In this document: in pieces, positions 17,578 to 28,582 of the stretch
Layout of the letters: each line of letters starts with the position of its first letter
How positions within the stretch are numbered: the stretch's first letter is position 1
Source: a virus
Virus record (IMG/VR): IMGVR_UViG_3300043777_000365
Span: 1 to 64,000 of that record
Strand: one strand, 5' to 3'
DNA: 64,000 nucleotides
Program-made: the position numbers and the translations under genes
Notes under the pieces: model-generated
The model's input: the letters and a program-made list of their open reading frames with translations, nothing else
Told to the model about the DNA's origin: nothing
Databases searched by the model: none

Positions 17578-20394
17578 CAGTCGACCGCGACGCACTCCCC
17601 GCCGGGCTCGCGCGGCAGCCAGACGCGGGCGTTCGGCTTGGGGTAAGCGCCGAACAGAACATCGCTCAACCGGGCCCGGAAAAACCCGTCCCACTCTCCA
17701 TCGTACCGATTCCACGAGATGCGCTTCCCCACGGCGTCGAGGTCGGCGCCCATCAGCACCAACAACAACTTCCTCCACAACGGAGCCTTGCCCGCCAGCA
17801 CGTCGGACAAGGACGGAGCGCGCTCGAGATAAGTCCGCGCGGAATCGGTTGCGGCGTCGACCTCGGCCTTCGACTTCTTCGGCCGGACGGCGGCCGTCGC
17901 CTCCACCGGCTCAACGTGGAGACCGATCCCGTCGAAGGCCATGCGCTTGAAGTCCACCCCTTGGGCGAGCAGGTCGCCGGCCCGGTGCCTGCGGACCCAC
18001 TCCTCCTTGTCGAGCTGGACGCCGACGTGGAGCTCACCACGCCACCCCAGCCCGCTCCTCGCCCCGGCCCGCTGCCTCGCGGCCCCCTTGCACGACTCCA
18101 GGTCGCACGTCCCGGGCCGGTCGACGCTCCTCAGGCAAACCTTGCAATAGCTCTGCAGCGGCATGCCCCCATCATGCCGCGCTACCGGGCCGGCACGAGG
18201 CGGGAACCGCACATGTTGCAGCACCCGGCCCAGACCCGGTGTGGGGGGTGCGGGCAGCCGAGCCCGAGGTCGGCGCGCGCCCAGAGGTAGACCTGGTCGT
18301 CCGAGACCTCGATCTTCCTCTCGTCCCGGACCTGGAGCAGCCGGACCACATGCCTCCCGAGCAGCACCTCGAACATCCGCTCCGTGCGCTCCCTAAGGTC
18401 GTCCTCCTCCTCGTCATCGCTCACGGGTCCGCTCCTCCACCTCGCCGGGCCTCTTCCCCGGGAGCACGTAGTGCTGCCGCACCCCTCCCCTCCACTGCCG
18501 GATCGCGTCGAGGCAGTCGTCCACGAACCTCCTCGCGTCGTCGACCATGCCCACCTCGTAGCCCGCGTGCTGGAGCATCGACGACGCCGTCCCCGACTGC
18601 GACGCCACCATCCGGAACCGCGACAGCATCGCCTCGAGCTTGCCCATCGCCCGGTAGATGTCCGCCTCCGCGTACCCGTGCATCCCCTCCGTCGGCTCCC
18701 AGTTGTACCAGCGCACCCGCGTCTGCCCGTGGCTCAGACCCATCTGCACCGGGCGGAACCGGATGTACTGCATGTACCGGGAGCCGAAGTTGAGGCTGCC
18801 CTCCAGCACGCTTTGCGCGTAGTGCCGCTCCATCACCGGCACCTCGACGACCGGCCTCCTCGGCACCCACCGGTCGCCCCGCTGCTCCATCCCGAAGAAG
18901 TCCACCTCGTAGAGGCCCTCGTGCGTCCGCGGGTCGCCGAACCACCGGCCGAGCTCCACGGCCGGCTCGACTCGGGCGGGGTGCCGCTCCGCCCACGCCC
19001 GGAGCTTCTCCTGCCGCTTGGCCTCCGCCGTCATGCGGCGGGCGCGCTTTTTCTCCTGCCTGTGCGTCATCGCAACACCCTCCCCCGCTTGGCCACCACG
19101 TTCAGCAAGTTCAGGAGAGCCAGGTCCCACGCGCACGGCTCCGCGTTCGGGTTCGCGTTCAAGCTCGCCAAAGAGATGCCGTTCACGTCCACGATGTCCG
19201 CATGCTCGATGGTGTACGGGCCGTGCTCCACGAGCGGGCTCTTGCTCCTCTTCAGCTTCTTCATCCCCCCATCATGCTCACCCGAAGGATCCTTCTCGGC
19301 GGGATCGGCGGATGACCTCGAGCAGCGCCGGGGCCGACATCGCCATCGCCCGGGCCAGCGCCTCCGTCTCGTGGTGTTCCACCCCCAGGCCGAAGTCGCG
19401 GTCGTCCAGCGCCCGCTCCACGTGGGCCGCCAGCGCCTCCAGGTTCGGCCGGTACAGCTCAGAGAGCCCGCTCACTTGCCCACCCCGTCGATGAACGCGA
19501 CGAGCTCGTCGTCCAGCTTCGACCCCGTGGGCTGGTTCTCCCACCCCCGGACCCGGCCGAACGCGGCCAGGGCAGCCTGGCGGTACCGGGAGAGCTTCTC
19601 CCCCTCCTTCGTCACGGCCGGGTCCCGCATCCCGTCGTTGTGCCCGGCCGTGTCCGGCCAGTGCAGACCGGCCGCGTTCCCCTCCGGCAGGTAGACCGCC
19701 GTCACCTCCGGCCTGCCCACCATCCTCCAGCCCCGGATCGCGTGCGGGTGCGAGCCGATCGACCCGCTCGTCGCGTTCTGCACCCGCTGCTCGCAGCTCC
19801 TCGCCGCCTCCTCGTACACCTGCTTCGCGGTGCACTTCGTCCCCCACACGTCCGGGAGCAGAGCCTCCAACCGCACCGTCACCACCGCCCGAGCCGACAC
19901 GTCCTTCTCTTCGCCCATGCCCCCCATCATGCCCTCGTTGGAAACCCGGGTTTCCAACACCCCCCTCAGGAGAGCAGCGTCGTCCACCACCGGTGCAAGC
20001 ACGCCGGGCAGCCCACCAGGGTCAGCGTCCGCAGCACCGACCCCCGCCGCGTCGACCTCCACGCCTTCCGCTGCTCGGCCAACACGATCCGGACCGGGCT
20101 CTGCTCCCCCGACCTGCCCTCGTGCAGGTACATCCCCCGCTTGCACGACGGGCACTTCAACGAGAGCGGGCGGCCCGTGGGCACCGGTCAAGCCTTCCTG
20201 CTCTGCTCGTCGAGCTTAGCCACCTGCCCCGCCGCCGCCTCCCGCTCCGGGGTGCTCAGGGTCAGGTTGTTCGACCGCTTTGCCCAGTAGACCCGCTGGT
20301 CTTGCAAGAGCACCCGCTTCGTCATCCGGTCCGCCACCACCAGTGCCCCCACCATCACCGCCCCGACCACCACCATCCCCAGCTCGATGATCAT
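17577..20394 (-). other. Cluster of about 8 hypothetical accessory ORFs (17577-18164, 18182-18424, 18414-19070, 19067-19264, 19278-19475, 19472-19918, 19966-20184, 20188-20394)
   Basis: Coupled ORFs; several start 6-7 nt after CATGAT. Confidence 0.55.
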
Positions 20395-20432
20395 CCGCGC
20401 ACCTCTCCCCCTTCTTCTTCCTCCAACCACTT

Positions 20433-20551
20433 CCTCAGGTCTTAGATTTTGTTTTCGAGATCCCCGGAAAGGGTTTGAGCTGAAGAGAACCCCCCTACCC
20501 CCCATAGAACTTTGGTGGAGGGTAGGAAGCTCAGCTCGGGGAACCCTGAGG
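20433..20551. other. Long imperfect intergenic stem-loop (possible ncRNA or origin)
   Basis: Nested complementary blocks CCTCAGG/CCTGAGG, TCCCC/GGGGA, GAGCTGA/TCAGCTC and CCTACCC/GGGTAGG. Confidence 0.5.
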
Positions 20552-20903
20552 CGCCTATTCGGAGCCCTTTTCGGAAATGGGAATCGCCGCGTCGAACCAC
20601 ACACCGCCGTGGATGTGCACCCCCCATGATGCCGCGGCATGATGAGGCCCCATGAGCGAGCCAACGTTCCGATGACCGGTCCCCCGCGCTTCCAGAAGGG
20701 GGGCAAGAGCCTCAGCTACGCCGGCCAGGCGAGGCTCACCCGCATCTTGCGCACCCACACCCAGGCCTGGGCGAGCGAGCTCGTCGGGGCCAGCTACACG
20801 ACGCTGCTCAAGCTCGCCGACGGCGGCCACGGCATGCCGACACCGTCGCCTGCATCGAGGCGAGGCTCGAGTCTTTGGTGGAGCCGCCCCCGCTCTCGAA
20901 GGC

Positions 20904-21197
20904 TTAGGGGGCCGGCGGGGGGATGGTCGACTGCCGCCTCGCGGAGATGTCGGCCGCGCGGGACTTCGCCCCGGCGATCTCCTGCTCGGGGGTCTTCGTG
21001 GGGAGGAGCGGCTTGAAGAGCGGCGACTGCATCAGCCAGAGGGCCGTCGCGCAGGCTACGACGATCAGGTGGTACGCAGTCGCTGGCAGGAGCGGCTGCA
21101 GGTACGGGAGCTGGGGGGCGAACGTCGCGACGCCGGTCACCACCAGGACGGCGTAGTGGACGAGCATCTTGGGCTGGAGCCAGGCGGGGAGACTCAT
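20904..21197 (-). CDS. Small membrane protein, holin-like
   Basis: 97 aa, two hydrophobic segments and a charged C-terminus, at the end of the tail operon. Confidence 0.45.
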   Translation of the reverse strand: MSLPAWLQPKMLVHYAVLVVTGVATFAPQLPYLQPLLPATAYHLIVVACATALWLMQSPLFKPLLPTKTPEQEIAGAKSRAADISARRQSTIPPPAP

Positions 21198-21320
21198 GCC
21201 CCGGAGGGTACCATGGGGAGGTTGGAAACCCGGGTTTCCAACCCCCGGCGAGCTTTCTGGTTCACCGTGAGCTATATATTGGGGGTGCGGCCAAGCCGGC
21301 CGCGAAAGGAACCCCCCGCC

Positions 21321-22409
21321 ATGAGCAAGCCCACCAAGCCCCTCTGCGTCGTCCTCGACCGGCCCGGGCTAGCCCCGACCGTCCACCGCTTCGACGACCT
21401 GGCCAAGGCCAACCCGGAGGCGTTCGTCGAGGGGGACGAGCAGCTCCTGCGCGACGGCCGGACCATCGCCTGGGCGGAGGGCTCCACCCTCTCGCGCGAG
21501 GAGTGCGACCTGTGCCGCGGCTGCGGCGCCCCCATCGCGGTCCGCGCCCTGCGCTGCCACGCGTGCGCCCACGCCGACGAGGGCAAAGGCTACGTCGCCA
21601 ACTGCCGCATGGCCGACCTGAAGGCCAGGCTGTTCGCCGGGGTGGTCGGGGCGCTGGCCCTGCTGGTCGCCGGGTGCAGCGGGGCCTCTCCGGGGACGCT
21701 CATCGAGCCCTTGGACAAAGCCCCCAGGACGCCCCAGGACGCCGCCGCGGACCCGGACGGGGCAACCCACGGGCCCGGCGGGCCGGACGCGTCTCCGCCA
21801 GGCCACGACGCCGCGTTGCCACCTCCCGACTCCTCCGCGCCGGACGCTCCAGACGCCGGGCCCGGCCCGACCTGCCCGACCGGGACGTGCGGCAGCTACG
21901 CCTACATGGGGCTGACCTGCGGCGGAGCTTGCCCGCCCGGGGACGGGTGCTCCACGTTCGCGTTCGGCGGGGACTCCGGGACCTGCGGGGCGCTCCCCTC
22001 GTGCGACGGGACCACCTGCGGCCCCGTCACCAACAGCTACGGCTCGGTCGACTGCTCGTGCGCGGCCGGCTCGGTCTGCACCTCGGCGTCCCCTCCGCCC
22101 AACGCGGGGTTCTGCTGCACGACGGACACCGCCCTGAACGCGACCTGCGCGAGCAACGGCTACCCAGGCACCGTCGGCCACGTGTGCCCCACGGGAGGCT
22201 TCGCCGTGCCGGGGTGCACGGAGGTGACGACGTCGGAGATCTACTGCTGCGGCGGGTTCGACGCCGGCCCGGGCACCTGCTCCCTCGACCTCGGCGACGA
22301 CGCCCTCTGCGCCGACGCCGGCCCGGGCGTCCACGCCTACGAGTGCACGGGCTCGGGGGACATGGCCGGGTGCACCTACGCCGCCCCCGGCGTCTACTGC
22401 TGCGGGTGA
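21321..22409 (+). CDS. Cys-rich putative lipoprotein of myxobacterial style
   Basis: Internal hydrophobic helix with lipobox LVAGC, Pro/Asp-rich DAG linker, many Cys with repeated YCCG; RBS AAAGGA. Confidence 0.7.
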   Translation: MSKPTKPLCVVLDRPGLAPTVHRFDDLAKANPEAFVEGDEQLLRDGRTIAWAEGSTLSREECDLCRGCGAPIAVRALRCHACAHADEGKGYVANCRMADLKARLFAGVVGALALLVAGCSGASPGTLIEPLDKAPRTPQDAAADPDGATHGPGGPDASPPGHDAALPPPDSSAPDAPDAGPGPTCPTGTCGSYAYMGLTCGGACPPGDGCSTFAFGGDSGTCGALPSCDGTTCGPVTNSYGSVDCSCAAGSVCTSASPPPNAGFCCTTDTALNATCASNGYPGTVGHVCPTGGFAVPGCTEVTTSEIYCCGGFDAGPGTCSLDLGDDALCADAGPGVHAYECTGSGDMAGCTYAAPGVYCCG

Positions 22410-22410
22410 C

Positions 22411-24045
22411 TCAGAACTCCCACTCGACGCAGGCGATGGTGGGGGTGACGCCCGTGTTGATGATCGAGCTCCCCACCGCCAGCGTGCCCAGGTAGCTCTG
22501 CGCCGCGGTGAGGATCGGGTAGGCCGTCTCCAGAGCCAGCCAGGGGGAGAGGATGTTCTTGACGATGCTGACGGGGCTCCCGGTAGAGTTGGGCAGGTAC
22601 ATCGAGTCGCCCGGGACGGTGTAGCCGTCGCCGGTGGAGGTGTCGGCCGAGTTGCGGAGCGACCAGTTGACGGTCGCCTCGATCGAGGTGGTGGACGGGA
22701 GGGTCAGCTCCAGGCCGACCTGGAGGCGCACGCGCTTGGCCCCCGCGGGCATGCCGCCGACGGCGTTCTCTGCCAGCGTGAACGAGACCGCGCCGGTCGT
22801 GACGCCGGTGGCGTTCGCGAGCGACGCCGGGTTGGCGTTGGGGGACTGCGCCCGGTTGGAGCTCGTGATCGACGTGAACGTCGAGGAGCTCGTCTTGTAG
22901 ACGGCCCCGATGCACACCCCCGAGGTGCTCGCCGCCCCGGCGAACCCGAACACCGCCGGCAGCACGATCCCGGCGCTCTGGCTGCCGGTCCAGTGCAGCG
23001 GCCCCGTCGCCGAGAGGATGGGGATGCCCCGGGGGGAGCGCGGCTGGCGCACGCCGAAGGACGCGTCCGTGTACCGGGCCCACCGCGGCAGGGAGAACAT
23101 CGTGACCAGGTAGAGGAAGCTCATCCCCGCGGGGAACGCGTAGCCGGACTCCTGGTTCGCCGAGTCGTAGAAGTCGACGTAGCCAGCGTGGTCGACGCCG
23201 GGGCTGCCCCGCTCGAGCCACCCCCCGAGCCTCCGGGTGCCCAGCGTGGCCGACGCCTCGACGAAGCCGTTCGCCCGGTACTGCCCCGACGTGGCCGTGT
23301 TCGAGGAGAAGTCGAGCCGCGTGTAGACGGGCAACGCGCGCGACGTGTTCCACGGGGTGAAGATCCGGTCGTTGAGGAGCGGCCTCACGTCCCAGACGGT
23401 GACCGTGTCCCAGGTGGTGGTGCCGGTGGGCACGCTCATCACCGCGATGGGCATCCACCCGGCCGCCGTCCCGGGGAAGCCCGCGCCCGCGGTGCCCGTG
23501 CGGATGCGGTACTGCAGCTGGCCCTGGCTCACCTTGTTCACGGCGGCCGCCGCGAACGTCCCGGTGACGGTGTTGAACACGTCGCGGCTGTCGGTCTCGA
23601 CGACGGTGTCCGGCTGCACGCGGGCGCACTCGAGCACGTCGACGCGGATGCTGCCCGAGGCGTTGGCCGTGAGCGTGAGCGACGGGGTGAGCGCGCTCGT
23701 CGTGCCCGGGTCGAGCAGGTACTTGTACTGGCTGTCGTCCGTGCTCGGGATGGTGTCCGGGTCGTACATGAACATCGCCCCGGCGCTCACCGCGCTGGAG
23801 GTGCCCCCGACCACCGGCGTGAACACGAGCCCGCTCAGCACCTCGGCCCACGCCGGGTTGCCCTGGCTGGTGTTCTGCGACCACGACCCGGCGGCCGACT
23901 CGTCGTCCGAGCCCTGGCCGGTGTCCAGGATCGCCCGCATCATCTCGCTCATCATCGCCTGCGAGAAGTTCTGCAGCCGGACGATGTCCCCGCTCAGGGC
24001 CCGCTCCAGAGGGTTGACGATGAGCTCTTTGCCGGCGCTGGACAT
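22411..24045 (-). CDS. Tail fibre or baseplate-attached structural protein
   Basis: Follows the baseplate wedge genes; RVDVL and WDVRP motifs; Thr/Gly/Ser-rich. Confidence 0.6.
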   Translation of the reverse strand: MSSAGKELIVNPLERALSGDIVRLQNFSQAMMSEMMRAILDTGQGSDDESAAGSWSQNTSQGNPAWAEVLSGLVFTPVVGGTSSAVSAGAMFMYDPDTIPSTDDSQYKYLLDPGTTSALTPSLTLTANASGSIRVDVLECARVQPDTVVETDSRDVFNTVTGTFAAAAVNKVSQGQLQYRIRTGTAGAGFPGTAAGWMPIAVMSVPTGTTTWDTVTVWDVRPLLNDRIFTPWNTSRALPVYTRLDFSSNTATSGQYRANGFVEASATLGTRRLGGWLERGSPGVDHAGYVDFYDSANQESGYAFPAGMSFLYLVTMFSLPRWARYTDASFGVRQPRSPRGIPILSATGPLHWTGSQSAGIVLPAVFGFAGAASTSGVCIGAVYKTSSSTFTSITSSNRAQSPNANPASLANATGVTTGAVSFTLAENAVGGMPAGAKRVRLQVGLELTLPSTTSIEATVNWSLRNSADTSTGDGYTVPGDSMYLPNSTGSPVSIVKNILSPWLALETAYPILTAAQSYLGTLAVGSSIINTGVTPTIACVEWEF

Positions 24046-24106
24046 GTTCGGTTGGCCTCCTAGGACCTTCTACCAGGCAAGTTGGAAACCCGGGTTTCCA
24101 AACCCC

Positions 24107-26047
24107 TCACACGCAAGGTCCGGTCATGAGCCCGACCTCGAAGAAAACCCCGGCCGCGCGGATGGCGTCCACCGCGTGGTACGCGTTCAGGTACGCGGTC
24201 GCCGCCGTCTCCGCCCACCCGTCGTAGAACGTGAGGAACGGAGCGTCGTCCCAGTAGTCGAAGCCCCCGCCCACCCCGCTCGCCGCCCCGCCCCAGAAGA
24301 ACCCGAACTCGCCGAAGTCGCTCGGCTGCACCTCCACCCGGAAGTACGCCCGGAAGCGCAGGTAGTCCAAGAACACCCGGTTGGTGGTGGGCCCGGCGTC
24401 GAGCCCGGCGGCGAAGGTCATCGGGTTGGAGCCGACCCCCGTCGCCGCCGACGACGCCCCGCTGTTCTTGCCCACGATGGGCAGCCCCGCCACGAACGCC
24501 CCGCCCGGCTGCGGGTTGATGTTCGCCACCCCGTAGAAGACCGACGGCCCCGGGATGCCCGTGGTGCCGGCCTGCCCCGGGACGAACGGCGTCGACGGGA
24601 CGGCGCTCGACACGAGCGCGTGCCCCTGGGCCACCTGCCCGTTGGAGAGCGTCTGCCAAGCCCGCTCCCCGTCGACGAACGTCCCGGTCACGGTCCCCAC
24701 GACGACGATCGCGTCGTAGTCGAACGCGTCGTGGTCGTAGAAGAACCCGGGCAGCAGCGGCGTGCCCACCTCGCGGAAGCACCAGGAGAGCCCGTCGCCC
24801 TTGGTGAGCGTGCGGTTGAGCATCCGCTTGACGGCGTTGGGGCTCACCGTGTCGGCCGGCACGGCCACGCGCTGCCGGTACACGGAGTCGGGCTCGCCGC
24901 TGTTCCTGGGCAGCTTCCGCTCGTAGCCGAGCTCGTCGAGCATGGGGCTCGTGCCGCCGGACGGCTGGGCCGCGTTGGTCACGGACAGCCCGAAGTCGAG
25001 CACCCAGTCGAGGATGCGCCAGCTGCTCGCGCCGGGCGCGTACGACACCGCCGGCGTCGGGTCGCCGAGCGGCACGGCGATGGTGAAGGTGGCGCCGCTG
25101 CTCTGCCCCGTGACGGTGTAGCCGGCGACGATCGCGGACGACACGTTCGCCACCCGGAGGATGCCGACCACGACCATCGACGAGCCGACCTGCTGCGCGG
25201 CCCGCATCGTCAGGTAGGCGACGGGCGTGCCGCCGCTGGCCACGGTCAGGATCTCCCCCGCGGCGAACGTCCCCGAGAACGTCGTGCCCGAGAACGACAG
25301 GTCGTTCTCGACGTTGACCGAGCCGCCGTTGCCCGACGCCGGCGCGACGTACGAGGTGACCCGGTAGGCCGTCGGCGTGGAGACGCTCGACAGCGTGACG
25401 TACTGGCCGACGTGCTGGGGGAGGAACACCTCGGCCTGGTTGGCGGAGGCGAGGGTGATGGTCTGCAGCGCGCTCTTGGAGAAGGTCGGGTTGACGACGC
25501 TCAGCGTCGCCCCGGAGTTCGCGTACTGGGTGCCGGGCTGCTCGACGAGGTTGATGCTGCCCGGCTGCGGGTTGTTGTAGCCGTAGCCGGGCCGCTCCGC
25601 GATGGCGGAGGCCGTGAGCGGGCCGGACTGCCCGGGCAGGAACACGAGGTCCTGCTGCAGGGTGAAGCGGCGCCCGGTGTTGACGGTGGTGCCCTGGCCC
25701 ACGGCGGGCTCGGGCTCGACCTCGTCGTACCAGACGGTGCCGGCGCCGAGCACGAGCGGCTCCTGCAGCCGCAGGGTCCTGGAGAACGTGAGCTGCACGG
25801 TGGCCTGCTGCGCGCCGGAGGCCGGCGGGGCCACCTGGCCGCTCCACGGCAGGATGTACATCGCCCCCATCGTCGTGCTGATGGCGGAGCTCACCCGGGC
25901 CAGCTGCGCCATGCCCTGGGTGTAGGCCTCGTAGCCGTTGCCCTCGCCCGCGTTGGAGAACCCCTGGCCGAAGCCGGGGTCCACGACCGACTGCCACACG
26001 GCCTCGAACTGCGCGATGGTGAGGGGGGACTGGACGTAGGCGGGCAC
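24107..26047 (-). CDS. Baseplate wedge (gpI-like) protein
   Basis: LDELGYERKLPRNSGEPDSVYRQRV; C-terminal IRAAGV; follows baseplate J. Confidence 0.65.
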   Translation of the reverse strand: MPAYVQSPLTIAQFEAVWQSVVDPGFGQGFSNAGEGNGYEAYTQGMAQLARVSSAISTTMGAMYILPWSGQVAPPASGAQQATVQLTFSRTLRLQEPLVLGAGTVWYDEVEPEPAVGQGTTVNTGRRFTLQQDLVFLPGQSGPLTASAIAERPGYGYNNPQPGSINLVEQPGTQYANSGATLSVVNPTFSKSALQTITLASANQAEVFLPQHVGQYVTLSSVSTPTAYRVTSYVAPASGNGGSVNVENDLSFSGTTFSGTFAAGEILTVASGGTPVAYLTMRAAQQVGSSMVVVGILRVANVSSAIVAGYTVTGQSSGATFTIAVPLGDPTPAVSYAPGASSWRILDWVLDFGLSVTNAAQPSGGTSPMLDELGYERKLPRNSGEPDSVYRQRVAVPADTVSPNAVKRMLNRTLTKGDGLSWCFREVGTPLLPGFFYDHDAFDYDAIVVVGTVTGTFVDGERAWQTLSNGQVAQGHALVSSAVPSTPFVPGQAGTTGIPGPSVFYGVANINPQPGGAFVAGLPIVGKNSGASSAATGVGSNPMTFAAGLDAGPTTNRVFLDYLRFRAYFRVEVQPSDFGEFGFFWGGAASGVGGGFDYWDDAPFLTFYDGWAETAATAYLNAYHAVDAIRAAGVFFEVGLMTGPCV

Positions 26048-26051
26048 GCGG

Positions 26052-27179
26052 TCACACCAGGGTGATGCCCGAGGCGAGCGCGCGGAGCGTCTGCCCGGGG
26101 GTGGGGACGAGGTCGCCGGTGGGGCTGACGATGGTGCCCGGGGTGCTGACGATGAGCCCCTGGCTCGCGTACCGCTGCAGCACGCTGTAGAGCGCGGAGA
26201 GCTGCAGCGTGCCGTTGGCGGGCAGCGAGTTGACGTAGTTGAGCACGGCCGCCTGCACCGACGCGCTGAGCGCCGACGTGTTCACCCCGGCCGCGAACAC
26301 CAGGTGCATCGACACCGACACGATCTGCGGGACGGTCGGGAAGACGATGACCTGGATGCCGGCGGCCCTCCAGTTGCCCAGGTTCTGGACGACCGTGGCG
26401 GCGAGCACCAGGTTCGCCACCCCGCTCGAGTCGGCGATGTAGAGGTAGACGAGCCGCGCCGGGGCCCCCGTGTTCGTGATGACCTCGACGGCCTGCGCGC
26501 TGACGACGCCCGGGGTCTGGATGGCGCCGTACTGGATGGCGGAGAGGATGCCGCGCTGCTGCGCGGTCCAGTAGCCGCGGACGCGCTCGCGGAACGTGTC
26601 GTCGTCCTCGACGTCCTCGCCGCCGGCCGTGGCGAACAGGTTGTTGCACGTGATGGACGGGTCGAAGACCTGCGACGGGTTCGCGAAGGCCGTGAGGCTG
26701 TTCGCCCCCACCTGCGACAGCTTGCCCGCCTGCACCGCGCGCACGGCCGCCACGGCCACCGTGTCGCTCACGGCCCCCGTCCCCGAGGTGAAGGTGGCGC
26801 TCGTCGTCGTCAGGTAGTTGAAGCCGCTCTGGCTCTTGAGGACGGTGCCGGCGGGGATGGTGCCGGCGGGGTTGGTCGCGAGCACCCGCGAGAACGTCTC
26901 GAGCCCGAGCGCGGCCGAGGCCCCTTTGCGCAGGAGCTGGTAGCGGTCCCACGCGTAGCGGTCGAGGTCGTCGCCCTCGGCCCCGTCGAGGAAGAGCCGG
27001 TTGATGCTGTAGGCGAGCTGGAGGATGCAGAGGTAGGCGATCTCGCTGACGGACCCGACGAAGATGTTCGCGTCGGTGCCCTGCACGTCGACCTGCTGCG
27101 GGTCGATCTTGATGGCCTTCGCGATGAGATACGAGCGCCCGACCTGGTACAGGTCATTTCGGCTCACGAGATCAGCCAT
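26052..27179 (-). CDS. Baseplate J-like protein
   Basis: AEGDDLDRYA, TIPAGT, GGEDVEDDDTFRER, PGVVSA. Confidence 0.9.
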   Translation of the reverse strand: MADLVSRNDLYQVGRSYLIAKAIKIDPQQVDVQGTDANIFVGSVSEIAYLCILQLAYSINRLFLDGAEGDDLDRYAWDRYQLLRKGASAALGLETFSRVLATNPAGTIPAGTVLKSQSGFNYLTTTSATFTSGTGAVSDTVAVAAVRAVQAGKLSQVGANSLTAFANPSQVFDPSITCNNLFATAGGEDVEDDDTFRERVRGYWTAQQRGILSAIQYGAIQTPGVVSAQAVEVITNTGAPARLVYLYIADSSGVANLVLAATVVQNLGNWRAAGIQVIVFPTVPQIVSVSMHLVFAAGVNTSALSASVQAAVLNYVNSLPANGTLQLSALYSVLQRYASQGLIVSTPGTIVSPTGDLVPTPGQTLRALASGITLV

Positions 27180-27217
27180 GGTTTTGACCCATCGCCTGCC
27201 GAAGCTACCACCGACCC

Positions 27218-28213
27218 CTAAGTCTGAGGGCCGGTCGGGGCGAGCGGAGTGGCTCCGGCGGTCGGCGGGAGGGCCTGGCCGGTCTGCGTGTTGAAAGGCA
27301 TGTTGAGCTGGCGGCTCACACCCTGCCGCGTCTGCACGTACGCGGAGAACCTCGTGATCTGCGGGGTCACCGGGTCGGAGTAGGCCTGCACCGCGCACTT
27401 CAGGACCTCGGGCTCGAGGGAGAACTGCGACTGGAGCGCCGCGGCGAGCTGGTTGCGCACGGCGGCCGTGCCCAGCGTCTTCACCTTGTCGGCGAGCCCC
27501 ACCCCGTACGTGAGCGGCAGGTGCGCGAATGCCCCGGGCCGGCTCATCGCCCGGCGGTAGAGCCGCTTGAGCAGGGCGACGATCCCCTGCTCGACGGCGT
27601 AGTCGCCCGAGTCGTCCACGACGAAGGCCCCGAGCGTCACGAGGCCCCCGCCCACGCTCGTCGCGACGGCGGCGGTGCTCGCGCCGATGGTCGACCCGGC
27701 GATGCCGGACTGGCTCTGCGGGTTGGCGAAGTCGCGCGTGGGCAGAGCCTGGTCCGAGCTCGCGACGACCAGCTGCTTGAGCACCCCGTAGAGCGTGTAC
27801 GACTGGGTCAGCGGGAACATCGGCACCCCGCCCGACGTCGTCAGCCCTGAGAGCGTGATGGTGTACTGCGCCGGGTACGGGCTCATCGGCCGGTCCATCA
27901 CGACGTCGATCTCGGAGCTTTGAATGGTGTCGGAGTAGTCGACGGTGGTGCCGGCCGAGACCGCCGTCACCGTGCGGACCGGGTTGTTGTCGTAGCCGAC
28001 CGTGCCGGCCACCGCGGCGACCGTGTAGTGGGACGGGTCGGCGCCGTCGGCCGGGTCGAGCACGCCGGACACGTACGGGACGACGTTGAAGTAGAGCCGC
28101 ACGACGTTCTCGGCGACGGCGACCGCGTAGAGCAGCTCGAGCCCGCCCGTGGAGGAGTCGGGGGTGCCGCCCCAGTTCGACCCGCCCCAGTTGGCTTCGC
28201 CCCAGCCGGGCAT
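27218..28213 (-). CDS. Baseplate protein (Ig-like N-terminus, gp25/W-like C-terminus)
   Basis: DDSGDY..LLKRLYRR..PGAFAHLP.YGVGL..EPEV; position between spike and J. Confidence 0.6.
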   Translation of the reverse strand: MPGWGEANWGGSNWGGTPDSSTGGLELLYAVAVAENVVRLYFNVVPYVSGVLDPADGADPSHYTVAAVAGTVGYDNNPVRTVTAVSAGTTVDYSDTIQSSEIDVVMDRPMSPYPAQYTITLSGLTTSGGVPMFPLTQSYTLYGVLKQLVVASSDQALPTRDFANPQSQSGIAGSTIGASTAAVATSVGGGLVTLGAFVVDDSGDYAVEQGIVALLKRLYRRAMSRPGAFAHLPLTYGVGLADKVKTLGTAAVRNQLAAALQSQFSLEPEVLKCAVQAYSDPVTPQITRFSAYVQTRQGVSRQLNMPFNTQTGQALPPTAGATPLAPTGPQT

Positions 28214-28572
28214 CAGGCCGCCAGCTCGAAGTCGTCGAGGTCGGGAACGCACGCGCTCACGCGCCCGCCGACCGCCGGGAGGGTGAGCCCCGCGGTGATG
28301 TTGAAGCCGTTGCAGTTGAGCAGGAACTTCAGGAAGAAGGTCGGCAGGTTGAGGATGAACTTGATCTGCAGCGCGAAGCCCGGGAGGGCGAACGAGAAGA
28401 AGAAGCTGAAGCTCAGCGTGAACGGGATGCACGGGATGGGGATGGTGATCGAGCCGCTGAAGCCCGCGCCGACCACCCCGCCGCATCCCCCCGTCCCGAC
28501 CGACACCCCGCCCGAGGCCCCGACGAAGGTGCCGGAGCCCGGCGGCGGCAGGTCGACGATCGGCGCTCCCAT
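28213..28572 (-). CDS. Small hypothetical virion protein
   Basis: Lies between spike and wedge genes. Confidence 0.45.
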   Translation of the reverse strand: MGAPIVDLPPPGSGTFVGASGGVSVGTGGCGGVVGAGFSGSITIPIPCIPFTLSFSFFFSFALPGFALQIKFILNLPTFFLKFLLNCNGFNITAGLTLPAVGGRVSACVPDLDDFELAA

Positions 28573-28582
28573 GGCGGCGAGC

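Noticed and set aside
20639-21016. HTH-like plus-strand gene after GGCATGATG
   Set aside because: The ATG in leaderless register (20652) stops after 7 codons and the longer frame runs into the holin-like gene; possibly a remnant but not supportable
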